Source of the DNA: Myxococcales bacterium
Lineage (GTDB): Bacteria > Desulfobacterota > Binatia > HRBIN30
DNA length: 64,000 bases
Assembly (NCBI GenBank): GCA_037445065.1
Contig: JBBILD010000005.1
Coordinates: 128,001 to 192,000, forward strand
Reading direction: 5' to 3'
Position 1 is the first letter of the stretch, and each line of letters starts with the position of its first letter. Made by a program: the position numbers and the translations under genes. The notes below the pieces were generated by a model. It saw nothing but the letters and a program-made list of their open reading frames with translations, ran no database searches and was not told where the DNA came from. Below are positions 21,734-30,527 of the stretch, one piece after another.

Positions 21734-22402
21734 ATGCATCTCAACGAACAGGAGTTGGAGTGGTTCAGCCGCCAAATCCTGGCCAGCGGCGTCGGCGGGC
21801 GCGGGCAAGGAGCCTGGTTCGAGAGCGCTGTGGCCCTGGTGGGAAAGCCGGACTTGCTCGGACCGTGTGCTTTGTACCTAGCGCGCGCTGGGGTCGGTCA
21901 CATCGCAGTGCCGGCAGCGTTGCTCCCACAGTTGCCTCGCGGTGCCTGCCCGCGCACTTCCTGGTACGGCGAAGCTTTTCCAAGCGGTTTCTCCCGAGCC
22001 ACCGGTGTTTCCATCCACGCTTGCGAGGAGCCTGGCGCCTGGCACGCGCAAGTTCGCAAATGGCGCCCACAGCGTGCTGCGGTTTGGGTGTGGGTGCAAG
22101 GAACGCGCGCGTGGGTGGCGTACTGGCCGCAACCGTTTCAAAGTGCTTGCCCGCTCGATGACGAATTCTGGCAGTTGTGGTCCGAGCCCGGCAACGCCGC
22201 ATCGCACCAGAGTGCCGAGCCGGTCTACGGCTGGGGTGCGGCAACGTTGGCTGCCAGTCTAGCCTTGCGCGCTCTTTTAGAGCCGCGCGCGCAACAGGAG
22301 CACGCATGGTTTCTGCAGGACTTTGGGCGGGGCCTTGTCCGCCAGCAGGTCCGGCAAGCGTTCTCCACTCCCTGCGAGCATTGCCGAGGGCACTTGGTAT
22401 GA
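21734..22402 (+). CDS. Degenerate ThiF/MoeB-like protein (putative inactive adenylation subunit)
   Basis: LNEQELEWFSRQIL..GVGGRGQ and ALYLARAGVGHI match the MoeB N-terminus; P-loop replaced by GKPDLL; no SNLxRQ; C-terminal CEHC. Confidence 0.75.
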   Translation: MHLNEQELEWFSRQILASGVGGRGQGAWFESAVALVGKPDLLGPCALYLARAGVGHIAVPAALLPQLPRGACPRTSWYGEAFPSGFSRATGVSIHACEEPGAWHAQVRKWRPQRAAVWVWVQGTRAWVAYWPQPFQSACPLDDEFWQLWSEPGNAASHQSAEPVYGWGAATLAASLALRALLEPRAQQEHAWFLQDFGRGLVRQQVRQAFSTPCEHCRGHLV

Positions 22403-23676
22403 AGCTGGCACCCGCAAGCAGCGCCGGCAGCCGCCTCGCCGGCGAGCCCTGGCTCGCACACAAACTCTTGTGCAAAGGCGTGCAGGTCGGCGCCGCGCGA
22501 GAGGATGAACTCAGGCATACCGCGCATTGGCTCGCAGGCGCGTTCGGTTCGCCGCGACTCGAGATCGAGCTTCTCACACCCTCTCCGGCACGCCTACTGG
22601 TGGCCGTGCACACGGGCGAAAGCGACGGAGATCTGCCCCGACTCGAGCGAAGCGATGGGAGGTGGCAGCTCAGCACCGCGGGCGGGCCCATACCGGTGCG
22701 CATCCCTAGCCCCCCCGCCTGGTACGAGATCGAAGCTTCTACCGGACGCAAGATGGGGGAGATCGCGTGGCTGCTCGGTTCGGTTTTGATTTTCTTCCCG
22801 ACAACCAGTTGCGGGTATGGCCTGAGTGGTGCGAGCTGCCGCTTCTGTCGTGCCGGCTCTCGGTCCTTCGATGAGCGGGAGATGACGCTCGGTGCGAGCG
22901 AAGTGGCGCAAGTGGTGAGCGCGGCAAGCCGGGAGCGGCGCCTGCGCTACGTGTATTTCCCCGCCCAGCCATCCTTCGACTTAGAAGACGGCGGCGTCTG
23001 CGAGTTAGAGCCGCTGGTGAGGGCTGCCCGGAGGCACACCTCCGCACTGATCGCCGCGTCGTTCCATCCCCCGCGCACTCTCCGCTGGCTCGATCATGCT
23101 TACGCAATGGGAGTGGATGCTGCAGGGATTCACCTCGAGGTCATTGACGTCGAGACGCTCTCCCGTGCCTTGCCGGGACGGGCCCGGCACCTGGGCAAGT
23201 CGCGGTATTTTGCAGCGTTGCACCACGCCGCCCGCATCTTTCCTGCAGGCGCCATTTGGAGCGAGGTGGTGCTCGGCTGGGAGCCAGGGAGCGCACTGAG
23301 AGGTGATCTGCGGACTCTCGTAGAGGTAGGGGTCATTCCGGTTCTCATCCCCTTACGAAGCGAGGACCGGCCTTCGTCCTTCCCCGTCTCGCCGCCCGAC
23401 GCAGAAGAGCTTCGGCACGCCTGCCTCACCGTGGAGGCGGCGCTTCGCGGCAAACGTCTGTGCCCGCAGTGGATTCCTCCCCTCCCCTACGCCCTACCGA
23501 GGCTGCTGGACGATTGCCTTGAGCAAGAAGCAGTTCAGGCTCGCCTGTGGGCCGGCGTGAGCCGAGCGCAGCTGCTGGGTAACCTGGCTTTGCCACGCCT
23601 CGCCCGTTTGCGGCGGGCATTGCGCGTTCGCAGCCTGGACGACTCCACGGGCGAGGCGCCCCATGCAAGCCGGTAA
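22399..23676 (+). CDS. Radical SAM protein with a CX8CX2C motif (biotin-synthase-related/MSMEG_0568-like)
   Basis: CGYGLSGASCRFC; AYAMGVDAAGIHLE, PG+A.LG...YF.AL..A..IF, GVIPVLIPLR; ATGA overlap with the upstream gene. Confidence 0.75.
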   Translation: MKLAPASSAGSRLAGEPWLAHKLLCKGVQVGAAREDELRHTAHWLAGAFGSPRLEIELLTPSPARLLVAVHTGESDGDLPRLERSDGRWQLSTAGGPIPVRIPSPPAWYEIEASTGRKMGEIAWLLGSVLIFFPTTSCGYGLSGASCRFCRAGSRSFDEREMTLGASEVAQVVSAASRERRLRYVYFPAQPSFDLEDGGVCELEPLVRAARRHTSALIAASFHPPRTLRWLDHAYAMGVDAAGIHLEVIDVETLSRALPGRARHLGKSRYFAALHHAARIFPAGAIWSEVVLGWEPGSALRGDLRTLVEVGVIPVLIPLRSEDRPSSFPVSPPDAEELRHACLTVEAALRGKRLCPQWIPPLPYALPRLLDDCLEQEAVQARLWAGVSRAQLLGNLALPRLARLRRALRVRSLDDSTGEAPHASR

Positions 23677-25153
23677 CATGGATATCGCCAGCCCAGCCAG
23701 CTCCGCTCGCAAACCGCGGTACGTCGTGGACACCCGGCCCCTTTGGCGCATCCTCCTGCCAGGGGTCTTTCACGCGCTCTTGTGGTGTCTCGCCGCGGGG
23801 ATGTACTGGTGGGCAATCAGCACTCCGCCCCCGGCGGGGCTCAGCGAAGCGGGGCAGCGCGCGCTGGCGATTTTCGCCATTTGTGTGCTCTTCTGGGTGC
23901 TCAGCGTTCTACCGCTGATGGTCACCAGCTTGCTTGCCATCGTGCTGATCCCGCTTTCCGGGGTCATGAGCGCATCGCAAGCCTATTCGCTGTTCGGCAA
24001 CGAAGCCCTGTTTTTTATCCTCGGTGCTTTCATTTTGGCCGCCTGCCTGATGAAGTCGGGTCTCAGCACGCGCATCGCGCTGGCGATCTTGCATCGTTTC
24101 GGGCGGACTCCGCACTCACTCCTGTTCAGCGTACTACTGCTCAACGTCGTCATGGCCTTCTTCATGTCCGAGCATGCGGTAGCCGCGATGAACTTCCCCA
24201 TCATCGCCGAGATGACCCAAGTGTTGCGACTCACGCCGCGGCGCAGCAACTATGGCAAGGCGCTCTTTCTCGCGATGGCGTGGGGCTCGACCATTGGCGG
24301 CATCGCCACCTTGCTCGGGGGGGCACGCGCCCCGCTCGCGATCGGCATCTTACGCGAGACAACCGGCAAGTCGTTCACCTTCTTCGAGTGGAGCCAGGCA
24401 ATCTTTCCGCTCGTCGTTGTCCTCACCGGGGTGGCTTACGTGCTGCTCCGCTGGTTCTTCCCCGTTGACATTAACGACGTCCGTGCCGCCGACGAAGTGC
24501 TGCGCGAGCGCCGCTTGCGCCTCGGCAAGCCTCGCTACCAAGAACGGGCGATCGCCACCGTGATGCTGGCCACCCTCGCAGCATGGATCTTGCTCGGCGA
24601 GGAGTTCGGCTTGGCTAACGTCGCCCTGGTTTCCGTCGTCGTTTTGTTCCTGTTACGACTGGTCCATTGGAAAGAAATCGAAGGTTATGTGAACTGGGGC
24701 GTGCTGGTGATGTACGGTGGGGCAATTTGTCTCGGCTCGGCGCTGAGCAAGTCCGGGGCGGCTGGCTGGCTCGCGCACGCCACCATCCGCGACTGGGCCA
24801 CGAACTCCAGTGCGGTCATCTGGTTGCTTTCCTTGCTCGCGCTGGTGCTCACCGAAGCCATGAGCAATTCCGCGGTCGTGGCCATGCTGCTCCCGATGAG
24901 CCTCGGGATTGCGGGCGAGTTCGGGCTCGACCCCCGCGTGATCGCGCTCACTGTGGCGGTACCTGCTGGCTTGGCGACCACCCTACCGATCGGTACACCT
25001 GCAAACGCGATCGCGTTCTCGAGCGGCTACCTGTCGCTGCGTGACTTACTCCTCCCGGGCGCCACGCTGGCCTTCATTGCCTGGGTCGCGTTCAACCTCA
25101 TGGCGTGGTGGTACTGGCCATGGCTCGGCTTGCACATCGGGGGTGGAGGATGA
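23663..25153 (+). CDS. SLC13/DASS family anion (probably sulfate) transporter
   Basis: Many TM helices; MKSGLSTRIA, FMSEHA, GGIATLLG, VNWGVL..YGG, EAMSNSA, LPIGTPANAIAF. Confidence 0.92.
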   Translation: MQAGNMDIASPASSARKPRYVVDTRPLWRILLPGVFHALLWCLAAGMYWWAISTPPPAGLSEAGQRALAIFAICVLFWVLSVLPLMVTSLLAIVLIPLSGVMSASQAYSLFGNEALFFILGAFILAACLMKSGLSTRIALAILHRFGRTPHSLLFSVLLLNVVMAFFMSEHAVAAMNFPIIAEMTQVLRLTPRRSNYGKALFLAMAWGSTIGGIATLLGGARAPLAIGILRETTGKSFTFFEWSQAIFPLVVVLTGVAYVLLRWFFPVDINDVRAADEVLRERRLRLGKPRYQERAIATVMLATLAAWILLGEEFGLANVALVSVVVLFLLRLVHWKEIEGYVNWGVLVMYGGAICLGSALSKSGAAGWLAHATIRDWATNSSAVIWLLSLLALVLTEAMSNSAVVAMLLPMSLGIAGEFGLDPRVIALTVAVPAGLATTLPIGTPANAIAFSSGYLSLRDLLLPGATLAFIAWVAFNLMAWWYWPWLGLHIGGGG

Positions 25154-25614
25154 ATGCCGTACTGCTTCTACTGACGCCGGGGTCCCAACCCGGGCTTGCT
25201 CTGCAACGCGCCTTGGAGCGAGCCAAGGAGTCGCACGCAGTGCTTTACGCCGCCGTCGTGCTCCCAGCGCGACACTTAGATGAACTCGCCGGCCAACTCA
25301 TGGACCACGGCTTCATTGGCGAGAAGCTTAGTGAGGACGTGATCGAACACGTACGGCAGGAGCAAGTCGCTCTCGCGAACGAGGTTCTGGCAAGGGTACG
25401 GGAGGCGGCAGCACGAGCGGGCGTCGAAGTCGAAACGCAGGTGATCGAGGGCGAACCTTGGGAGGCTTGCGAAGCGGCTTCGACCCGCTTTTCCATCGCG
25501 CACGCAGTGCTGCCTGTGCCCGCCCGTGCGTGGTTCGAACGCTGGTGGCGCAAGCCCCGGGCCCCCGCCTGGGCGGAGGACCTGGGCTGTAACGTAGAAA
25601 CCGTGGAAGAGTAG
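25150..25614 (+). CDS. Universal stress protein family
   Basis: ALQRALERA..., LARVREAAARAGVEVETQVIEGEP; ATGA overlap with the transporter. Confidence 0.75.
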   Translation: MNAVLLLLTPGSQPGLALQRALERAKESHAVLYAAVVLPARHLDELAGQLMDHGFIGEKLSEDVIEHVRQEQVALANEVLARVREAAARAGVEVETQVIEGEPWEACEAASTRFSIAHAVLPVPARAWFERWWRKPRAPAWAEDLGCNVETVEE

Positions 25615-25629
25615 AAAGGAGTCTGGAAT

Positions 25630-26889
25630 ATGGCCGATTTGGTTCCCGTGCACGGGGGTTTAGAATCGCCCGTCAACCGCGTCGTTCCTCTCGGACGCCG
25701 CAAGCAGTTTCTCGAGGAAGCCAAGGATTTCGCCCGCGTGGAAGTGAGCCGGGCCGATCTCTCCACCGTCTATCGCATCGCAGACGGAACCCTTTCGCCT
25801 CTGACCGGCCCGATGGACGAAGACACCTGGCACTACGTCCTCGACCACGATGCGCTGGATTTCGGCTTTCGCCATTATGCGTGGACGGCGCCCATTTCCT
25901 TCCCGGTCACTGACGACGAAGCGCGCCGGGTGCGCATCGGGAAGCCCGTGGCCCTCTTTCACGAAGGGCAGACTGTGGGAATGGTACGCGTGACCAGCCT
26001 TTTCGACTGGGATAAGCCAAAGCACATCGAACGCTTCTACGGAACGCGCCGGACCGATCACCCTGGTGCGCGCATGATTCTCGAAGATCCCCGTACCAAG
26101 CTGATCGGCGGCGAGCTTTGGGCTCTGCCGCAGGAGGTCGATCCGGAATACGGCGAGTTCGTTCTTTCGCCTCGCCAAGTGCGCACGCTGATTGCCGAGC
26201 GGCGTTGGGAACGGGCGCTCGCCTTCCAAACCCGCAACCCGTTGCACCGAGCACATGAGTACGCACTGGTGGCTGGCGTCGAGCGCCTGACCCGCGAGGG
26301 ATACTTTGCAGGTGTGGTCTTGAACCCGCTGGTCGGTGAACTGAAGGGAGACGACGTGCCGGCTCGCGCCCGCATGCGCTGCTACCGCGCCCTGCACGAC
26401 CTCAAGCTGCTCGGCAAAGGAGACAAGGACGAGGCTTTGTGGCGCGAGAAAGGCTACGACCTCACGGAGGTCTTCGAGCTCGTCGGCCTGGACATCAAGA
26501 TGCTTTACGGAGGCCCCAAGGAAGCGGTGATGCACGCGATCTACCGCCAAAACCTGGGGTTCACCGACATTGTCATTGGACGCAAGCATGCCGACGCCCC
26601 GTATGATGACGGCTCCCCGATCTGGGGCGATTTCGATGCGCAAGAGATTTTCCGCGAGCTCCGCGGGGACCTGCGCATCCAGCCTTGCAACATCGGTTTC
26701 GCGGCATACTTCGAAAGTGTCGGGCGCGTGGACCTCATCGAGAATCATCCCGGCGAGAAACCTGTATCCATTTCGGGCTCAAGCATCCGAGAAATGCTCA
26801 CCCGCGGGGAGCGTCCCGACGAGCGGATTCTCAGACCAGAGATCGCTGACATCCTGATCGCCTACTACCGGGAGAAAGCCTCTCGCTGA
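25630..26889 (+). CDS. sat: Sulfate adenylyltransferase (ATP sulfurylase)
   Basis: LVPVHGG, SPLTGPM, AFQTRNPLHRAHE, NPLVGELKGDD, YGGPKEA.MHAIYRQN, IGRKHA, SISGS.IREML. Confidence 0.93.
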   Translation: MADLVPVHGGLESPVNRVVPLGRRKQFLEEAKDFARVEVSRADLSTVYRIADGTLSPLTGPMDEDTWHYVLDHDALDFGFRHYAWTAPISFPVTDDEARRVRIGKPVALFHEGQTVGMVRVTSLFDWDKPKHIERFYGTRRTDHPGARMILEDPRTKLIGGELWALPQEVDPEYGEFVLSPRQVRTLIAERRWERALAFQTRNPLHRAHEYALVAGVERLTREGYFAGVVLNPLVGELKGDDVPARARMRCYRALHDLKLLGKGDKDEALWREKGYDLTEVFELVGLDIKMLYGGPKEAVMHAIYRQNLGFTDIVIGRKHADAPYDDGSPIWGDFDAQEIFRELRGDLRIQPCNIGFAAYFESVGRVDLIENHPGEKPVSISGSSIREMLTRGERPDERILRPEIADILIAYYREKASR

Positions 26890-27009
26890 GAGGTGAGGAA
26901 CAGCCGTAGCCGGCGCCGCCCCAAGAGGGCGCCTCCCTGCGAGCTTTCTGCCCCTGGCGCGCAAGCCCCCAGTGGCTAGCCAGGCGCCCTCGGACGGTGT
27001 TCGAACCCT

Positions 27010-27522
27010 TCACGGATTCGCACGCGGCCCAGTACCGCGGCTGCCGGGCGCCGCGTGCGCACCCGCCCCGGAGCGTAACGTTTCTTGCGCCTGGCGTTGC
27101 TGTTCATAAAGCGCCAGCCGTGCGAGCACGTGCAGGGCAAAACCGCTCGCTGCCGCCAGTTTGGCCGCTTGCGCGAAAGCGGGAAGAAGCGAGGCGAACG
27201 CGGACAACTGTTGCACGCAGAATAGCAGCAGGGAAGTGTTCAAAAGCACGAACACACCCCAAACCCACTTCGGGCTCAAGAAGCAAGCTGCGAAGGCGGA
27301 ACCTGGCGTCCCCACCTTGCCCGGCAGGATCCAGTAGGCAACGCCCAAGGCGAGTTGCACAAGCCAGCCCCACAACAGGAACTCGTAGTGGACGGGGAGC
27401 AGCACCCAGAGCTGGGCGTGAAACGGCGCTGCCTTCTGGACCAGCAGTAAAACGCCGAGCACCGTCCCCGCCAGCCAGAACACCAGCGCCGCATGGAGGA
27501 AACAACGGGCCACTCGCGGCAT
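27010..27522 (-). CDS. Small polytopic membrane protein with a conserved His (NnrS/heme-copper-oxidase-like fragment)
   Basis: About 4 TM; HYEFLLWGWLVQLALGVAYWILP; paralog of the adjacent gene. Confidence 0.65.
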   Translation of the reverse strand: MPRVARCFLHAALVFWLAGTVLGVLLLVQKAAPFHAQLWVLLPVHYEFLLWGWLVQLALGVAYWILPGKVGTPGSAFAACFLSPKWVWGVFVLLNTSLLLFCVQQLSAFASLLPAFAQAAKLAAASGFALHVLARLALYEQQRQAQETLRSGAGAHAAPGSRGTGPRANP

Positions 27523-27524
27523 GG

Positions 27525-27944
27525 TCAGCGTCCCCGGATCCGCGGCCACAGGAGCAGCGCCCAGCCCAACGCGCCGATCCCGTGCAACGCGGCGGCAACG
27601 AGCAAAACCACGGCCCACGGTTCCCCGCTTCCCGCAACCAGCAAGGGCTCCGCCACAGTCCTCAGCACGAGGCCAAGGTTCCAAACGGCAAAAGAGGCCC
27701 AGCCTACCGCCTCCAGCACCGGAAGAGAAGGGAACAACGGTTTCGGGAACATCCAATGTGCGACGCCAAAGATCAACTGACTCACCCACCCGAGAAAAAA
27801 CAGGTGGAGATACGAGGGCATCCACAGGCCTCGGCTGGTGGCTGCGTGTGCCCAGTCGTATCCCTCAGCCACTGCAGCCAAACACAGCGAAGCCACCAGA
27901 TAGGCAATCGCGGTTCGAATCAAGACTCGACTGAGCGGAGGCAT
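27525..27944 (-). CDS. Small polytopic membrane protein with a conserved His (NnrS/heme-copper-oxidase-like fragment)
   Basis: About 4 TM; HLFFLGWVSQLIFGVAHWMFPK; WNLGLVLR. Confidence 0.7.
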   Translation of the reverse strand: MPPLSRVLIRTAIAYLVASLCLAAVAEGYDWAHAATSRGLWMPSYLHLFFLGWVSQLIFGVAHWMFPKPLFPSLPVLEAVGWASFAVWNLGLVLRTVAEPLLVAGSGEPWAVVLLVAAALHGIGALGWALLLWPRIRGR

Positions 27945-28261
27945 GCGCCCAGCGTAGTCTGCCTGGGCTACCTACTGCTAGTCGGAGGCGCTGTCTTCAG
28001 GAAAAAGCCAGCATACCCGTTAACGGGGCTCTGCTTGGTACGCTGCTGAGGGACCATTCTTGTGGCCCGGTCGGCACGCGCTCCTTTGGATGGGGCGAGA
28101 AGATCCGATGCCGGTCCTCGCAGGAAACCAGTCAAGGGCGCAAGCGATGGGCTAGGCTGCGCTCGGCGCCATAGCGTACGAGAATGCATCGCTTGCAAAA
28201 CTCGGCGCTAACTGCGCCTGCACCGTTCCCCGTCGTCAGTGGCTCTGCTATCGGTGCTCAC

Positions 28262-28885
28262 ATGCCGCGGATCCCCCGGCTCTGCCTCGTCACGGACCGC
28301 CACGCGACAGCCGGGCGGGATCTGCTTTCCACAGTCGAACGCGCGCTCGCTGGCGGTGCCGATGCCGTGCAGCTTCGCGAAAAGGACCTCACGGCACGCG
28401 AATTGTGCGAACTCGGCTCGAAGCTCGTCACCCTCTGCCAGCGTTATGGAGCGAGCCTGCTCATCAACGACCGCCTCGACGTTGCACTCGCAATTGGGGC
28501 GGATGGGGTGCAGCTACCGGAGCGTTCTTTCGCGCCGTGCGAAGCGAGGCAATTGCTTGGCGCCGGCAGGCTGATCGGCGTGTCCAGACACCGCGTGCAA
28601 GATCTTACTCCCGCACTCCTCGAGGGTGCAGATTTCGTGTTGTTCGGGCCCATATTCGACACACCGAGCAAGCGTTCCTATGGCGCCCCGCTCGGCCTCT
28701 CGACACTGCGCGAAGCGACGGCACGAAGCCCGCTTCCCGTGCTCGCCATCGGAGGCATTCACCCCGAGCATGTGCCCAAGGTCATGGCCGCAGGAGCCTA
28801 CGGCGTCGCCACGATCCGCGCGCTGCTTGGGGTGGCTGCTCCCGAGAAGGAAGCCGCCCGCTTTCGCTCCGCTCTGCCGCGCTAG
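28262..28885 (+). CDS. thiE: Thiamine-phosphate synthase
   Basis: VQLREKD, LLINDRLDVA, GVS.H, FGPIFDTPSK, AIGGI. Confidence 0.93.
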   Translation: MPRIPRLCLVTDRHATAGRDLLSTVERALAGGADAVQLREKDLTARELCELGSKLVTLCQRYGASLLINDRLDVALAIGADGVQLPERSFAPCEARQLLGAGRLIGVSRHRVQDLTPALLEGADFVLFGPIFDTPSKRSYGAPLGLSTLREATARSPLPVLAIGGIHPEHVPKVMAAGAYGVATIRALLGVAAPEKEAARFRSALPR

Positions 28886-29130
28886 AACCCAATTGTTCCT
28901 AAAACGCCGGGCCTGTTTTCTTCGCACCCCAATGTGGGGTGAAGGCGGCCCTGGTATGAGGTTCGGCCGGCGCAGAACGACTGCGCACCACGGCGCACAT
29001 GCCGAGCCACCTATGGCCGGCAACATCGAGGCTCCTCTCACAGAATCTCACGCCGAAGGCCGCCACGGTGCCCGAGCAATCTCTCTTCCGGGCAGGCACC
29101 TACTCTTACCGGGCAGGCCCGAGCACGCGG

Positions 29131-29433
29131 TCAGAAGGCCCGCTCGAAGCGAGCCGGTGGGTTCCACTCGATGGAGATCCCGAACACCTCGGTCAACAGG
29201 TAAGAAAAAGCCACTAACAGCACCAGAAACGTAGTCAGCGCGCCCACCGCCACGCCGGCGAGCAAGGCCAGCGACAAGACCGAGGCGACCCCGACCAACG
29301 GCGCAAGCCAAACCGAAGCGCCCTCTACAGGCGTGGCGAACCAGATCAGGCGCCGTACCGTGCCCGCTGAACCTGACAATCTTTGCAACCACCAGAGGAG
29401 ACTCGCCAAGTCCCACATCGTACCCGTCCTCAC
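29131..29433 (-). CDS. Small membrane protein, last gene of the ECF operon
   Basis: Long hydrophobic segment; 4-bp overlap with the upstream gene. Confidence 0.55.
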   Translation of the reverse strand: MRTGTMWDLASLLWWLQRLSGSAGTVRRLIWFATPVEGASVWLAPLVGVASVLSLALLAGVAVGALTTFLVLLVAFSYLLTEVFGISIEWNPPARFERAF

Positions 29434-29927
29434 TCCTGATCGAGCTTTTCCGCACCGATGGTCAGAATCAATACACCGTTGGCCTGCCGAGGTCCACCGA
29501 CTAGCAAGCGCGCATCGCGGCGCAGCGCCAACGAGGTGTCCACAATCGGGCGCGCACCCTCGATCACCATTACCTTCATTGCGATCCGCCCTTCCCGGAA
29601 GCCGCGGGGAATCACCAACACGTAGCGCCCGCCTGGAAGGTCAAAACCTGCCCGCCCTCCCCACGGGACCTGCTGGGACTCTTCCTTGAGAAGGCGGTAC
29701 GAACGGTACGGAAACAAGGAACGCAGTTGGTGTCCGATCAGTTGGAGCTGCGGATCCATGTATTGACCCGAGTTACTCCCCACCACACAACCGACCCGAA
29801 CCTCCACCGCGGGGGCGAGCTGGCGAACTGGATCCACTGGACTGCGGGCTCCGGCCTGCGCCACGCAACGCTGCGCAGTGCCGACCGCCAATACGCCACC
29901 AATCAAGATCCAAAAAGCCTTCACCAC
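29430..29927 (-). CDS. Exported hypothetical protein in the ECF operon
   Basis: Signal-peptide-like N-terminus; DPQL...L..LFPYRSYRLL, LLVGGP; overlaps the anti-sigma gene. Confidence 0.7.
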   Translation of the reverse strand: MVKAFWILIGGVLAVGTAQRCVAQAGARSPVDPVRQLAPAVEVRVGCVVGSNSGQYMDPQLQLIGHQLRSLFPYRSYRLLKEESQQVPWGGRAGFDLPGGRYVLVIPRGFREGRIAMKVMVIEGARPIVDTSLALRRDARLLVGGPRQANGVLILTIGAEKLDQE

Positions 29928-30493
29928 TGTCCTCCGGCAGGGGCCTCGTCACTCACCCAGATGACGGCGGTGTCGTGCGCTTCGTCGTTCATCACGGTCA
30001 CCACTGGGAAATCGGTCTCGATCTGCTGGATCTCGGCTGGCACGTCCAGCGCGTTGGATCTCCCATGGGCGATTTGCGTCGGAGCCTGCGGCACAGAGCG
30101 CACGTCCGCAGAGCGCAAGTACAAGCTCAGCGCCAGCACGGCAACCGCGACAGCCGCAGCCGCCGACCACACGAGCCGCCCCGCCGGCTCGCTTGCCTCC
30201 CACCACGACTTCACTCGCTCCCACCAGCGGGCCTCGGTCGCCGGCAAGCGTGCCTCGATGCGCTGCCAAAGCTTGGCAGGGTCAACCGCATCCGCTTTTT
30301 CCTCCACCGTAGCTTTCACGAGTACATGCAGCCGATCCAGCACGCCGATTTCCTCTTGGCATTGCGGGCAAGCCGCACCATGCACGCTCACTCGGCGGAC
30401 ATCGTCCGCACCCAGTTCGCCGTCAAAGAACAGTGCCAGGAGATCCCGTACCTCTCTACAACCCTGCGTGTTGTGCTCTCGTGAATCTGTCAC
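29921..30493 (-). CDS. Zinc-binding (ZAS) transmembrane anti-sigma factor
   Basis: C..VRDLL..FFDGEL...HGAACPQC (HxxxCxxC), one TM helix. Confidence 0.88.
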   Translation of the reverse strand: MTDSREHNTQGCREVRDLLALFFDGELGADDVRRVSVHGAACPQCQEEIGVLDRLHVLVKATVEEKADAVDPAKLWQRIEARLPATEARWWERVKSWWEASEPAGRLVWSAAAAVAVAVLALSLYLRSADVRSVPQAPTQIAHGRSNALDVPAEIQQIETDFPVVTVMNDEAHDTAVIWVSDEAPAGGQW

Positions 30494-30527
30494 GGCATAC
30501 TTCTCCTAGCGCTCTCGTCCGGCCGGC

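Noticed and set aside
27945..28261. TPP riboswitch upstream of thiE (contains GGGG...GCTGAG)
   Set aside because: The downstream ACCTGA/GCGxAGGGA core is missing.
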